DNA of 64,000 nt, from NCBI GenBank assembly GCA_937892025.1, contig CALAVA010000238.1, forward strand, positions 43,784 to 107,783, in the 5' to 3' direction. This stretch comes from an uncultured Bacteroidales bacterium (GTDB taxonomy: Bacteria; Bacteroidota; Bacteroidia; Bacteroidales; WCHB1-69). Positions 26,041 through 36,900 of this stretch are shown piece by piece. Within the stretch, counting starts at the first letter, position 1, and each line of letters begins with the position of its first letter. The notes under the pieces were generated by a model. It did not search any database, had not been told where the DNA came from, and was given only the letters and a program-made list of their open reading frames with translations. The translations under genes were made by a program, and so were the position numbers.

Positions 26041-27570
26041 GTGGGTAAACAATTAGATAAAAGTAACTTAGGCTACTTAGACCTTGAATTTCAATATAAA
26101 CTTGTAAAGATTTTTGTTGAAGAACCAAGGTTCTTTGAAGATATTGCATCAATTGTTGACCAAAACGCATTTACTGACGCATTGCTTAGAACTTTTGTAG
26201 GAACAATTAAAGATTACTACAAAAATGAAAATGTAATGCCATCTTACGAAGTCATTGGGTTTTTGCTGAATCAAAAGGCAAAAACCCAAAATGATTTAGA
26301 TGAGTGGAATGCGCTCATTAAAAAACTTAAATTTGAAACAAGTTATGAGGGTTATACAATTGTAAAAGAAACGGCTTTACGATTTTTTAAGCAACAAAAC
26401 TTAATTAAGGTTGCTAATAAAATTCTTGAAATTGCGGGAAAAGGTGATATTGACCGTTATGAGGAATGCCAAAGAATGTTAGACGAGGCGGCAATGGCCG
26501 GACAGGATGAAGATTTTGGGTATAACATTTATGAAATGATGGATAAAGCATTGGCAAATGATTATACTGTTTCCATTCCGACAGGTGTAAGCGTTCTTGA
26601 CGATGTTCTTGGTGGCGGACTTGATAAAGGAAAATTAGGACTTATAATTGCTCCCGCTGGTTTCGGTAAAACAACATTTACTACTGCAATTTGTGCTTAT
26701 GCAGCAGGATATAAATGTGACATGAATAACAATCAGGGTTATAAGGTGTTGCAGATATATTTTGAAGACGATGATGTTGATATAACAAGAAAGCACTATT
26801 CAAGAATTACGGGTTGGGAAGCAAGAACAATGAAAAGGCTTTCTCAACAAGATAGAGAAGAGGTTACATCTTGGCTTAATAATTTTGAAGACAAAGAAGC
26901 ACTAAAAAACAACCTAAAGTTAAAACATTTTAAGACAGGAACAAAAAGTGCAAGCGATATTGAAATATTTGTCAGAAGATTAATTAACACAGGATTTAAA
27001 CCTGATTTGATTTCAATAGACTATTTCGAATGCCTTGCACCTGAAAAGGGCGGATATTCAACTGACACAGAGTGGACACGTGAAGGCGTGACTATGAGAA
27101 AGTTGGAGAATATGGCACATGACCTTGATTGTGCAATTTGGATTCCGACACAGGGCACAAAAGATAGTATGAATAGTCCTGATGTCGTTAGAATGGACCA
27201 AGCAAGTGGCTCTGCAAAAAAAGTACACGTTGCACAGTTAATTCTTTCAATAGCAAGAGCGATTGGCGATATAGACAAGAACAAAGCGGTAATTTCGGTT
27301 CTCAAAAATCGTTCAGGAAAGTCAGGAAAAATATTCAATAATGTAAAATTCGATAACGGAATAAGTACTATTTCTTGTGATGAAGTTCAAGAGTTTGATG
27401 ATTCTCTTGCGTGGGATGAAAAGGCTGCTGAACTTCAGCAGCAGCAAACCACAAAATTATTTAGGGAAATAAATTCTAAAAAGGATGAAATAATTTCACA
27501 AAAAACTGATAATAAAGATATTGGAGAAGGTAATTTTGTTGGTGTAATAAAACAGAATGATAATTTTTAA
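26041..27570 (+). CDS. replicative DNA helicase, DnaB/T4 gp41-like
   Basis: 509 aa with a GTG start. 'GVSVLDDVLGGGLDKGKLGLIIAPAGFGKTTF' (DnaB-type Walker A context), 'ISIDYFECL', 'IWIPTQ', 'ISVLKNRSGKSG'. Confidence 0.8.
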   Translation: MGKQLDKSNLGYLDLEFQYKLVKIFVEEPRFFEDIASIVDQNAFTDALLRTFVGTIKDYYKNENVMPSYEVIGFLLNQKAKTQNDLDEWNALIKKLKFETSYEGYTIVKETALRFFKQQNLIKVANKILEIAGKGDIDRYEECQRMLDEAAMAGQDEDFGYNIYEMMDKALANDYTVSIPTGVSVLDDVLGGGLDKGKLGLIIAPAGFGKTTFTTAICAYAAGYKCDMNNNQGYKVLQIYFEDDDVDITRKHYSRITGWEARTMKRLSQQDREEVTSWLNNFEDKEALKNNLKLKHFKTGTKSASDIEIFVRRLINTGFKPDLISIDYFECLAPEKGGYSTDTEWTREGVTMRKLENMAHDLDCAIWIPTQGTKDSMNSPDVVRMDQASGSAKKVHVAQLILSIARAIGDIDKNKAVISVLKNRSGKSGKIFNNVKFDNGISTISCDEVQEFDDSLAWDEKAAELQQQQTTKLFREINSKKDEIISQKTDNKDIGEGNFVGVIKQNDNF

Positions 27571-27583
27571 AAAAAAAATATGG

Positions 27584-27624
27584 GGCTTTTTCAGATAAAA
27601 TGAAAAAGCCTCTTATTTATCTTT
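27584..27624 (+). terminator. rho-independent terminator
   Basis: GGCTTTTTCA (27584-27593) pairs with TGAAAAAGCC (27601-27610). T-rich TCTTATTTATCTTT follows. Confidence 0.65.
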
Positions 27625-27652
27625 ACTAGATAAGAATAAAAAAAATAAAAGT

Positions 27653-29782
27653 ATGAATGTAAGAAAAAGTGATGGCTTTTACGAAGAGTTTAGTTGTAAC
27701 AAAGTAAAAAGTAGTGTGTTTGCTGCTTATAAAAAAAGCAAGCAGGATTATTATGATTCTATAGGTGATATGATTTGCGATAATCTGGTAATTTATAACG
27801 GTATTTCGACAGAAGAAATTAGATTACAAGTTGAAGAGCAGTTAATGGGAATAAATAAAAAGGTTGCTAGGTCATATATAAAGTATGGAGAAGATGATGC
27901 ATTTATAAAAGAGCGTGTTAAATATATGGATGATTATGTTAATAATGGCGAAAATGCGGCGACTTCTTCAGAAACGGACCCAAATGCTAATGTTACAAAT
28001 AAAAATGTTTCCAATCTTGACGGTGAAGTGTATAAATTGCAGAACAGGAAGACACAAAGATATAAAATTGTAAAGGAATTAAATAAAAGTTTTCCTGAAG
28101 TTGCAAAAGATTACCTAAGTGATATTGAAAACCACATAATATATCCACATGATGAGGCTTCTGCTCCTAGTATAAAAAATTATTGCGAGGCTGTTACCCT
28201 ATATCCTTTAGTTGTTGATGGAACAAAAAATATGGATGGATTAAACACAAAACCTCCAAAGAATTTAAATGCTTTTTGTGGCCAGCTTGTCAATTTAACA
28301 TTTTCATTGGCATCACAATGCAAAGGTGCGGTTGCTTATGGTGAATTATTTAATTTTATAGATTATTATTGCGTAAAAGATTTTGGTGAAGATTATTTGG
28401 ACAACATAAATGAATATGCTGATTCAACGTTTGTCAAGGACAGAAAAACAATTCTTGAAAAAATACATCAAGCATACCAACAAATAGTTTATGGTGTAAA
28501 TCAGCCTTCTGGTAATCGTTCAAGCCAAAGTCCATTTACTAACATTTCTTATTACGACAAGAATTATTGGCATTCAATGTTTGATTCTTTTTATTTTCCT
28601 GATGGAACGCAGCCAAAATGGGAAAGGGTATCTTTTTTGCAAAAGGATTTTATGAAATGGTTCAATGCAGAAAGAAAAAAGGCACTTTTGACTTTTCCAG
28701 TTGAGACAATGGCTTTGTTGACAGATGGAAAAGATGTCATTGATAAAGAATATAAAGATTTTACTGCTGAAATGTGGTCAGAAGGGCATTCGTTTTTTGT
28801 TTATCTGTCAGACACGCCTGATAGTCTTGCAAGTTGTTGTAGACTTTCAAATAAAATAGATTCTAATGTGTTTAGTTTCACCAATGGATTAACTGGTGTT
28901 CAAACAGGCTCAGCAAACGTGATAACATTAAATTTAAATAGAATAATACAAAATTATTTTAGGGGTATTGGCGACAATGATTTTTATCCGAAAAAGAGGG
29001 AATATAATACTGAAAATTTTGAAAAATATTTTAGAAATATAGTCAAACGTGTAATAAAATATCATAAAGCTTTTAAGAATTTATTGTACGATGTTGAGGA
29101 AAAGGGTATGTTAACAGCATCAAAAGCAGGTTTTATAAAAATGAGCAAACTCTTTTCAACAATAGGTGTCAATGGATTTAATGAATCCGCTGAATTTATT
29201 GGATTAAAATGCGATTATAATGAAGAATATAAAAATTATTGTTCATATATAACAGAACTCATTTCAGATGAAGAATCAAAAGAAACGGATAAAAAATATA
29301 AGCTAAATGTTGAATTTGTTCCTGCGGAATCTCTTGGCGGAAAAAACTATAAATGGGATAAGGCTGACGGATATTGGGTGCCTGAAGATAGGGTTTTATA
29401 TAATTCTTATTTTTATTTGGCTGATGATGAAAACGCATCTCCGTTGGTTAAATTAAAGATGCATGGAAGGGAATTTACAAAGTACTTATCTGGCGGTGTT
29501 GGGTGTCACATCAACCTTGACAAACATTTGACAAAGGTACAATATCTACAACTTATGGATGTTGCAATAAAATATGGAACAAGTTACTATACGTTTAATG
29601 TGATTAACAGCAGTTGCAATGATTGTGGCCATATAGAAAAAGAGCATTTTAATAAATGTCCAGTTTGTGGCTCTGAAAATATATCAGATTGGACAAGGGT
29701 TATTGGATATTTAAGACCAATAAGTGCATTCGAAAAAGCTAGGAGAATAGAAGCTTCAAAACGAGTTTATAGTAAATTTTGA
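27653..29782 (+). CDS. nrdD: anaerobic (class III) ribonucleoside-triphosphate reductase
   Basis: 709 aa. C-terminal Zn ribbon 'CNDCGH...CPVCGS' followed by the glycyl-radical motif 'TRVIGYLRP'. The N-terminus is ATP-cone-like. Confidence 0.9.
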   Translation: MNVRKSDGFYEEFSCNKVKSSVFAAYKKSKQDYYDSIGDMICDNLVIYNGISTEEIRLQVEEQLMGINKKVARSYIKYGEDDAFIKERVKYMDDYVNNGENAATSSETDPNANVTNKNVSNLDGEVYKLQNRKTQRYKIVKELNKSFPEVAKDYLSDIENHIIYPHDEASAPSIKNYCEAVTLYPLVVDGTKNMDGLNTKPPKNLNAFCGQLVNLTFSLASQCKGAVAYGELFNFIDYYCVKDFGEDYLDNINEYADSTFVKDRKTILEKIHQAYQQIVYGVNQPSGNRSSQSPFTNISYYDKNYWHSMFDSFYFPDGTQPKWERVSFLQKDFMKWFNAERKKALLTFPVETMALLTDGKDVIDKEYKDFTAEMWSEGHSFFVYLSDTPDSLASCCRLSNKIDSNVFSFTNGLTGVQTGSANVITLNLNRIIQNYFRGIGDNDFYPKKREYNTENFEKYFRNIVKRVIKYHKAFKNLLYDVEEKGMLTASKAGFIKMSKLFSTIGVNGFNESAEFIGLKCDYNEEYKNYCSYITELISDEESKETDKKYKLNVEFVPAESLGGKNYKWDKADGYWVPEDRVLYNSYFYLADDENASPLVKLKMHGREFTKYLSGGVGCHINLDKHLTKVQYLQLMDVAIKYGTSYYTFNVINSSCNDCGHIEKEHFNKCPVCGSENISDWTRVIGYLRPISAFEKARRIEASKRVYSKF

Positions 29783-29820
29783 TTATTTTTATTAAAATGT
29801 AATGACCAACCCCCATGTTA

Positions 29821-29847
29821 TAGTATTTATATAAAAAAATACGTGTA
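29821..29847 (+). promoter_or_regulatory. extended TATTTATAT..GTGTA motif (candidate phage promoter/TIR)
   Basis: TAGTATTTATATAAAAAAATACGTGTA ends 2 nt before ATG 29850. The architecture matches 16301-16323 and 61381-61404. Confidence 0.45.
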
Positions 29848-29849
29848 AC

Positions 29850-31064
29850 ATGGGCTTTATATATAAAATTACAAACAAACTAAACGGAAAGGTTTATATT
29901 GGACTTACTACAACTACATTGAAAAAAAGATGGGAAGGACATAAGGCTTGTGTAAAAATGGTAATTAAAAAAGAAAAGATGCATCCATTGTATAATGCAA
30001 TAGCAAAGTATGGGGTGGAAAATTTTGATATAGAACAGATAGATTCAAGTGATGATTTTAATGAATTGGGTAAACTTGAAAGAAAATATATTAATAAATA
30101 TAAATCATTTGATATAGATTTTGGATACAATATAACTAGAGATGGTGAATGTTGCCAACTTGATGCTAATCCAAGAACAAAATTAACAGTAGACGATGTT
30201 AAAAGGATACGTACAATATATAATGATGGTAAGATAGGGTGCAAAGAATGCTGGAGTATGTATTCTGATAGGATTTCTTTTAGTGCATTTGAAAAAATTT
30301 TTGAAGGTGTAACGTGGAAATCTGTAATGCCTGAAGTATACACTAAAGAAAATATATCTAAACATAAGAAATTGAACGTTAGAATCGGTGAAAAAAACCA
30401 TAATGCAATTTTGACTTCAGAACAAGTTTATGAAATCAGGAAATACTATGTTAATCATACACTACAGGAATGCTATGAAAAATACGGACTTGGGTATAAT
30501 AGCAAGGAGTCATTTAGGACAGTAATAGATAAGTCATATTGTGATATACCAAGATATTCAAAAAATAAAAAGAAATGGATTTACGAAAATAACGATAAAA
30601 GGACAAACAGGCTTAATAATATAAGGGTTATTGGCGATATTATTGAAATTGACACATTTGATGATTATGGGAATCTTAATGGAACTTTCATAACTGACTA
30701 TGATTATATTGATATTGTAAAATCGCATAAATGGAATAATATGAATGGTAAACTTTATACGAGTACAGATAAAAATAATGTTGTTTTTTTGCATAACATT
30801 ATTATTGGCGATAATAATAGGACATATTACATTGATGACAATACATATAATGTTACGAAAAGTAATTTAACGCATAGTTTATCCGCTAGTAAGATTTTTT
30901 ATTTTGGCGTTGATAAATTTAAAGAACTTTGTTTGGATGAAAATGTGTCATTGAGGAAAATAAGTGAAATGGTAGATGTTTCTGTGCAAAGTATTTTGAA
31001 ATTCGTAAAGGAAAACAATATAGAAGTTAGTAAAAATAAAATTAGAAAAAAAAAATCAAAATGA
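29850..31064 (+). CDS. GIY-YIG family homing endonuclease
   Basis: 404 aa. 'GFIYKITNKLNGKVYIGLTTTTLKKRWEGHK' and 'YNAIAKYGVENFDIEQI' form the GIY-YIG module. A long C-terminal region is putatively DNA-binding. Confidence 0.85.
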   Translation: MGFIYKITNKLNGKVYIGLTTTTLKKRWEGHKACVKMVIKKEKMHPLYNAIAKYGVENFDIEQIDSSDDFNELGKLERKYINKYKSFDIDFGYNITRDGECCQLDANPRTKLTVDDVKRIRTIYNDGKIGCKECWSMYSDRISFSAFEKIFEGVTWKSVMPEVYTKENISKHKKLNVRIGEKNHNAILTSEQVYEIRKYYVNHTLQECYEKYGLGYNSKESFRTVIDKSYCDIPRYSKNKKKWIYENNDKRTNRLNNIRVIGDIIEIDTFDDYGNLNGTFITDYDYIDIVKSHKWNNMNGKLYTSTDKNNVVFLHNIIIGDNNRTYYIDDNTYNVTKSNLTHSLSASKIFYFGVDKFKELCLDENVSLRKISEMVDVSVQSILKFVKENNIEVSKNKIRKKKSK

Positions 31065-31516
31065 TTAAATATAAAAATTATATGGTTGTATTCGAGGAAA
31101 TTCCAGATAAAGTAACTCTTGCAGTCAATATAACCAATTGTCAAAACAGGTGTGTAGGATGTCATTCTCCAGAATTAAGAAATGATATTGGTTCTGAATT
31201 AACAGAAAGCAAAATAGATAAGATGATAAATGAAAACGATGGCGTTAATTGCTTTCTCTTTATGGGCGAAGGAAACGACAGAGAAACACTAATCAAATTA
31301 GCTAATTACGTTAAAGAAAATTATAATTTAGATGTTGCTCTTTATTCAGGAAGAGACAAGGTTGAATACGATTTTCTTCAAGTTTTTGATTATGTCAAAG
31401 TTGGTCCATATATTGAAGAGTATGGGCCGTTGAATAAAAAGACAACAAACCAAAGAATGTATAAAATTGTAAACAATGGTGAGTTCGTTGATATAACGAG
31501 CGAGTTTTGGGTTTGA
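31061..31516 (+). CDS. nrdG: anaerobic ribonucleotide reductase activating protein (radical SAM)
   Basis: 151 aa. 'NCQNRCVGCHSPEL' is the CxxxCxxC cluster. Size and position next to nrdD fit. Confidence 0.85.
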   Translation: MIKYKNYMVVFEEIPDKVTLAVNITNCQNRCVGCHSPELRNDIGSELTESKIDKMINENDGVNCFLFMGEGNDRETLIKLANYVKENYNLDVALYSGRDKVEYDFLQVFDYVKVGPYIEEYGPLNKKTTNQRMYKIVNNGEFVDITSEFWV

Positions 31517-31535
31517 TTTTTAAAATCAATAGTGT

Positions 31536-31570
31536 AAAAGTCAGTCAGAAATGGCTGACTTTTTTATTTT
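31536..31570 (+). terminator. rho-independent terminator
   Basis: AAAAGTCAG / CTGACTTTT arms (core GTCAG/CTGAC) are followed by TTTTTATTTT. Confidence 0.7.
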
Positions 31571-31596
31571 ACATTAAAAATTCTTTTATTATATTT

Positions 31597-32613
31597 ATGA
31601 AAAAAACTATAATGAGTAAAAGTATTTTAATTACTGGTGTTGCAGGATTAATAGGCTCTAGGTTTGCTGATTGGATTGTTGAAAACAAACCTGAATATGA
31701 AGTTGTTGGGATTGACAACCTTTTTGGTGGTTATATGGAAAACGTTAATGAAAAAGTTGTTTTTTATAAAAGAGAACTTAGTTTTGATTCAATAAAAGAC
31801 ATTTTTGATAAACACGATTTTGAATATGTGTATCATTTTGCTGCGTATGCGGCTGAAGGATTGTCACCATTTATGAGAATGTTTAATGATAAAAACAATA
31901 TGCTTTCAACAGACAATATAATAAATCAATGTATAGAACATAATGTAAATAGACTTATATATACATCTTCAATGTCTGTTTATGGAAATGGTATCTATGG
32001 TGGCCGAATTTTTGATGAAGAAGATACGCCTTGTCCAATAGACCCATATGGAGTTTCAAAATATGCTTGTGAAATGAATATTAAAAATACGGGTATTCAG
32101 CATGGACTTGATTGGTGTATTATTAGGCCGCATAATGTTTATGGAATTAAACAAAACATTTGGGATAAGTACAGAAACGTTCTTGGAATTTGGATGTATC
32201 AAGCCTTAAACAATAAGCCAATGCTTATATATGGTGATGGTGAACAAACAAGGGCATTTTCGTATATTGATGACTTACTTGAATGTTTTTGGAATGCTGC
32301 CATATATGAAAATGCGTCAAAACAAATAATAAATCTTGGTGGTGTTCGTGGGTATTCTATTAATGAGGCAAATCAAATATTTTCAAAGATAAGTGGTTAT
32401 GATAATGTTAAATACTTGGAAGAAAGATACGAAGTAAAACACGTAATTCCGAATCCAAATAAATCAATTAGTGTTTTGGGATATAAACAAAAAACAGAGT
32501 TAGAAAAAGGAATTTGTGAAATGTGGGAATGGGCAAAAAAGCAGCCAAATAGAGATAGGCATAAATGGGAAAATTACGAAATAAATAAAGGGCTTTATAG
32601 CTATTGGAAATAA
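31597..32613 (+). CDS. NAD-dependent sugar-nucleotide epimerase/dehydratase (SDR family)
   Basis: 'ILITGVAGLIGS' (GxxGxxG), 'SSMSVYG' and 'YGVSKYACE' (YxxxK). The start is taken at ATG 31597, downstream of the terminator. Confidence 0.85.
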   Translation: MKKTIMSKSILITGVAGLIGSRFADWIVENKPEYEVVGIDNLFGGYMENVNEKVVFYKRELSFDSIKDIFDKHDFEYVYHFAAYAAEGLSPFMRMFNDKNNMLSTDNIINQCIEHNVNRLIYTSSMSVYGNGIYGGRIFDEEDTPCPIDPYGVSKYACEMNIKNTGIQHGLDWCIIRPHNVYGIKQNIWDKYRNVLGIWMYQALNNKPMLIYGDGEQTRAFSYIDDLLECFWNAAIYENASKQIINLGGVRGYSINEANQIFSKISGYDNVKYLEERYEVKHVIPNPNKSISVLGYKQKTELEKGICEMWEWAKKQPNRDRHKWENYEINKGLYSYWK

Positions 32614-32621
32614 AGTGTTAT

Positions 32622-33863
32622 ATGATTAGTAGATTAAAGGCTATAGTAATAGACCCGTTAAAGGATTCTCACGATTATTCTTTGGTTAAGACACCTGTGT
32701 TGTGGAGTAACGCCGAAAGGGGCTTTGAATTTATTATATTGAAAGATATTTCAAATATTGATGAAGTTTTGTGGGAAAATAAGGATTTTGACGCAATTAT
32801 TACAATTTATGACAATTTAGATTGTGAAATGTATGAAAATTTTTGTGGGCGTGGATTTCAATTTAGAAAAAAATGGTTTAATTTTAGCGAGTTTAATCCG
32901 GGTTTAATTGCTGGAACCATTATTAGCACTTTTTTCTGTAATATGACACGTGATAATGGGCATTTTCCTTTGTTTTCTTTTTTTACTTGCACTTTTAACA
33001 CACCAAAAGAAAAGTTAGAAAGGCTATATAATTCAATGCTTAATCAAGAATATATAGAATGGGATTGGTTTATTCTTGACGATAGCACAGATAATTCTGT
33101 TATGGATATAATTAACTCGTTTAAAGATTATAGGATTACGGTTATAAAAAATTCAACTAATCATGGGAGTATAGGTTTTAATAAACATACAATCGCAATG
33201 ATGTGTGATGGTGATTATCTTGTTGAGGTTGACCATGACGATGAATTGACACCGGATTGTTTGAAATATTTAAAATTGGCATTTAAAACGTATAAAGATA
33301 CGGATTTTGTTTATTCAGAATCATTAGAACTTGCTGATGGTAAAGAAAGTATTATATATTGTGATGGGTGGGGGTTTGGAGAAGGAAAACACGGACATGC
33401 TGTTATAAATGGCATTGAATACGAAACAAATGTAATTCCTGAGGTGAATCCGTTTTCAATAAGAACAATTTATTCACAGCCAAACCATGTAAGGTGTTGG
33501 AAAAAGTCTTTTTATCATTCAATTGGTGGTCATAATCCTTCATTTGGGGTTATGGATGATTGTGAATTGATTATTAGGACATTTCTTAATGGAAAAATGA
33601 CAAAGATAAATAAAGTGTTATATATACAGCACGAAGATGCCGGAAGACGTGGCGAAAGTGGAAATAACACACAATCTGTTAGGTATAATGAAATACAAAG
33701 ATTTGCTTGGTATTTAATAAAATTTTATGATAAAAAAGTTCACGAAAGAATATTAGAACTTGGTTTTTCTGATTATGCTTGGAATGAAGAGATTGGTGAA
33801 TCTGAAATATGGAAAGACCATGAGCCTGGCCTTGAGATTATGAGTAATTTGCTCAATGTTTAG
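32622..33863 (+). CDS. family-2 (GT-A) glycosyltransferase with an N-terminal extension
   Basis: 'FSFFTCTFNTPKEKLERLYNSMLNQEYIEWDWFILDDSTDNS' and 'GDYLVEVDHDDEL' (DxD) match the GT2 pattern. ATG 32622 is preferred over the TTG at 32604. Confidence 0.8.
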   Translation: MISRLKAIVIDPLKDSHDYSLVKTPVLWSNAERGFEFIILKDISNIDEVLWENKDFDAIITIYDNLDCEMYENFCGRGFQFRKKWFNFSEFNPGLIAGTIISTFFCNMTRDNGHFPLFSFFTCTFNTPKEKLERLYNSMLNQEYIEWDWFILDDSTDNSVMDIINSFKDYRITVIKNSTNHGSIGFNKHTIAMMCDGDYLVEVDHDDELTPDCLKYLKLAFKTYKDTDFVYSESLELADGKESIIYCDGWGFGEGKHGHAVINGIEYETNVIPEVNPFSIRTIYSQPNHVRCWKKSFYHSIGGHNPSFGVMDDCELIIRTFLNGKMTKINKVLYIQHEDAGRRGESGNNTQSVRYNEIQRFAWYLIKFYDKKVHERILELGFSDYAWNEEIGESEIWKDHEPGLEIMSNLLNV

Positions 33864-33914
33864 ATTTACTTTGTTTAATAAATATGTTATTATTATATAC
33901 AAATATTATATTTT

Positions 33915-36900
33915 ATGAGAAATGTAGGCATTTACAATTATGTTTTTAGCAAAAATTTTATTTGGGACGAAAAAGGCGGTGCAATTGGCCCATCTGAAAT
34001 TTGGTCTATAATGATTTCAAATAAATTAGCGGAAAATGGATACAAGGTGTATGTATTTGGTAATCCAAATGGGGAACATACAGCAGAAAATGGTGTTGTT
34101 TATTTGAATTGTGATAAAATAAGCGAAACATGTAAAAATGTTAAATTTGACCACATAATACTTAATAGGACTGTTGGCTGCCTTGGTAAGATTTCAAATT
34201 GTGACGATATAATTTTAATGGTACAAGATGATGTAATATTGGAGAGCGATTCTACTGAAGAAAGAAATTATGTGAATAAGGTTAATACAATAATGTATTT
34301 GTCAGAGTACCAAAAAGATAATTTAATGAAAAAATATGGCCTTAATGAAGATATATTCAAAAGGTCAATTATTGGTATAGAAATGGGCCTTTATGATTGG
34401 ATTTCTGTCGAGAAAAAGAACAAAATGGTTCTTTCTGGCGGAATTCATTCAAATATGAGGTGGTTTATTGAAAACGTTTTTCCAAAAATTAAGAAAGAAG
34501 TGCCTGATTTTGAAGTTGACGCTTGCTGTTTCTTTGATGAATATGAAAATCTTGAATTTTTAAAGACAGAAGGCGTGAATGTCGTATGTGGGGTAAGCCG
34601 TGAAGATATGGCTAAAAGACAATTAGAATCTAAAATTTGGGTTTATCCAAATACTGGATATGATTCTGAATATAATGATGATAGAGAAACGTTTTCTATT
34701 AATGGAATTGAGAATGCATATGCAAAAAATGCTTGCATTTTTGGAAAATTTGGGTGTTTGAGAACAATTTTTAATGAATATGATGGCTTTGTCGGTGAAT
34801 CTTTATATTCTGGCTTAGATAAACCAATTGAATATGAAAGTCTTGATAGATTTGGCGAATTATTAGCAAAAGAAGCAATAAAATGCCTTAAAGATGAAGA
34901 CTATAGGCAGTCTCTTGTGAAACAGACATATGAAATCGCAAAAAAGTACACATGGGATAATGCTGTTTCTACATTTTTAGAAATGTTTAGTGATTCAGAG
35001 AAATCTGTTATGGTTTATATTATAGCCCATAAAGATTTTCCTTATTTAATTAGGGATAATATTCATACGGTGTTACAAGTAGGGTCTGCAATAAATGGCG
35101 ACCTTGGTATTGGAATATGTGATAATACTGGTGATAATATTTCAGAAAAGAATAAATTTTTCCTTGATACGACAGGTGTTTATTGGGCGTGGAAAAATTC
35201 GCCACATTATGATTATATTGGGACTCAAGCGTATAGAAGAGATTTTGGGTTATCAAAATCAGAAATTGTTGATATTTTAAAGACTCACGATGTAATTGCA
35301 TCTCCATTTTTTGTTCCAAATTCATTGTACGAGCAATATAAGGCTTGTCATATTATAAAGGATTTGGAAGAGTGCGAAAAGATTATAAGCGATTTGTATC
35401 CTGAATATGGAGATAAATTTAGTCATTTCATTAGGGAAACAAATAAATTATATATAGGCTGTGGATGCATAGCGCCTTATGAAAAATACAATGAAATCAA
35501 TAGTTTTGTTTTTAGTGTATTATTTGAATTTGAAAATAGATATGGATTTAAAACACATGAGGAATGGGTTGATTATGCTGAAAAATCTGGCCAAAATTTA
35601 ATGCCTGAGGACCATAAGAAATCAGGATTATCTTCTGCTAAGTATCAAGAAAGATTGCTTGGTTTTTTATATGAAAGAATATTTACTTTTTATGTGTGCG
35701 AAAATTATAAGAACATTTATGAAAAGGAATATATAAGGCTTGATAAAGAATATGAGAAAATGAATACGAAAGTTCTTTTGTGCTGTATAGGTAGGCTCGA
35801 AAATCAGTATATTAGAGAATATGTTGAATATAATAGGAATCTTGGCTTTACTAATATTTGCTTGTATGACAATAATAGGGATGGCGAAGACGATTTTCGT
35901 GATGTAATTGGAGATTATATTGATAGCGGATATGTTATTTTGAAAGACAAAAGAAATGTTACAACTCCTTGTCAGTTACAATCTTACAATGAATGCTATG
36001 CGGAGTATGGTGATAAATACGATTGGATAGCGTTTTTTGACATAGACGAGTTTATGTTTATGTATAAAGAAAAGAATGTTGCATCGTTTTTATCAAATGA
36101 ACGATTTGATGGCTTTGATATGGTACACTTGAATTGGGTTTTGTTTGGCGATGATGATAATGTGTATAACACAGGATTACCATTGTTACAAAGAATAAGA
36201 AAGCCTCTTGATATTAATGCGTGTTATATGTTTTATTTTCCTGAAACATTCCACATTAAGTCAATTGTAAGAGGTGGACTTAAAAGAATGGTATTTAATA
36301 GTACGCCACATACGCCAAGTATTGATGGAAAATGTTGTAATTCATATGGACTTGAATGTGATAAGAATTCTCCATTCGCCCCGTATGACTTCAGAAATGG
36401 CGGTATAATGCATTATACAACAAAAACGGCTGAAGAGTATGCTAATAAGGTTAATCGTGGATTCTGTGACGGAAATCCAGTTAAAAAGGAAGAATTAATA
36501 AATCTGTTCTTCAAGAGAAACAAGGTTACTGAAGAAAAAATCAAACTTTTCAAGGATAAAACAGGTGTAGATGTGAGTTATTTGCTTCCTTATGATGGGA
36601 AAAAGAGTGATGAAGTAAAAATTTATTCACTTTGCTATCAAAAGAAAGAATTTAAGTTTTTAGATGACGGGGTTGTCACTCCTTTACAAGTTGGCGCTGC
36701 AAATGGAACTGATGTTTGTGCGCTAAAAGATAACACGGGTGACAATATATCTGATAAGAATTACTTTTTCATTGAATGTACTGGAACATATTGGATTTGG
36801 AAAAATGTTCACGATGCGAAATATAAGGGCCAAATGCAATACAGAAGACCACTTGTTGGCGTAAATGATAAAATGGATTTTGATGAAATATTTAGCAAGT

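Larger units (their letters stand above)
29783..31064 (+). mobile_element. GIY-YIG homing-endonuclease cassette inserted between nrdD and nrdG
   Basis: The HEG with its own motif-type promoter separates two genes that are normally adjacent. Its stop overlaps the nrdG start (ATGA). Confidence 0.6.

Noticed and set aside
27611-27635. Inverted repeat TTATCT..AGATAA upstream of nrdD as a possible NrdR box.
   Set aside because: It does not resemble the 16-bp NrdR palindrome as I recall it (acaCwAtATaTwGtgt). It overlaps the T-rich tail of the terminator.
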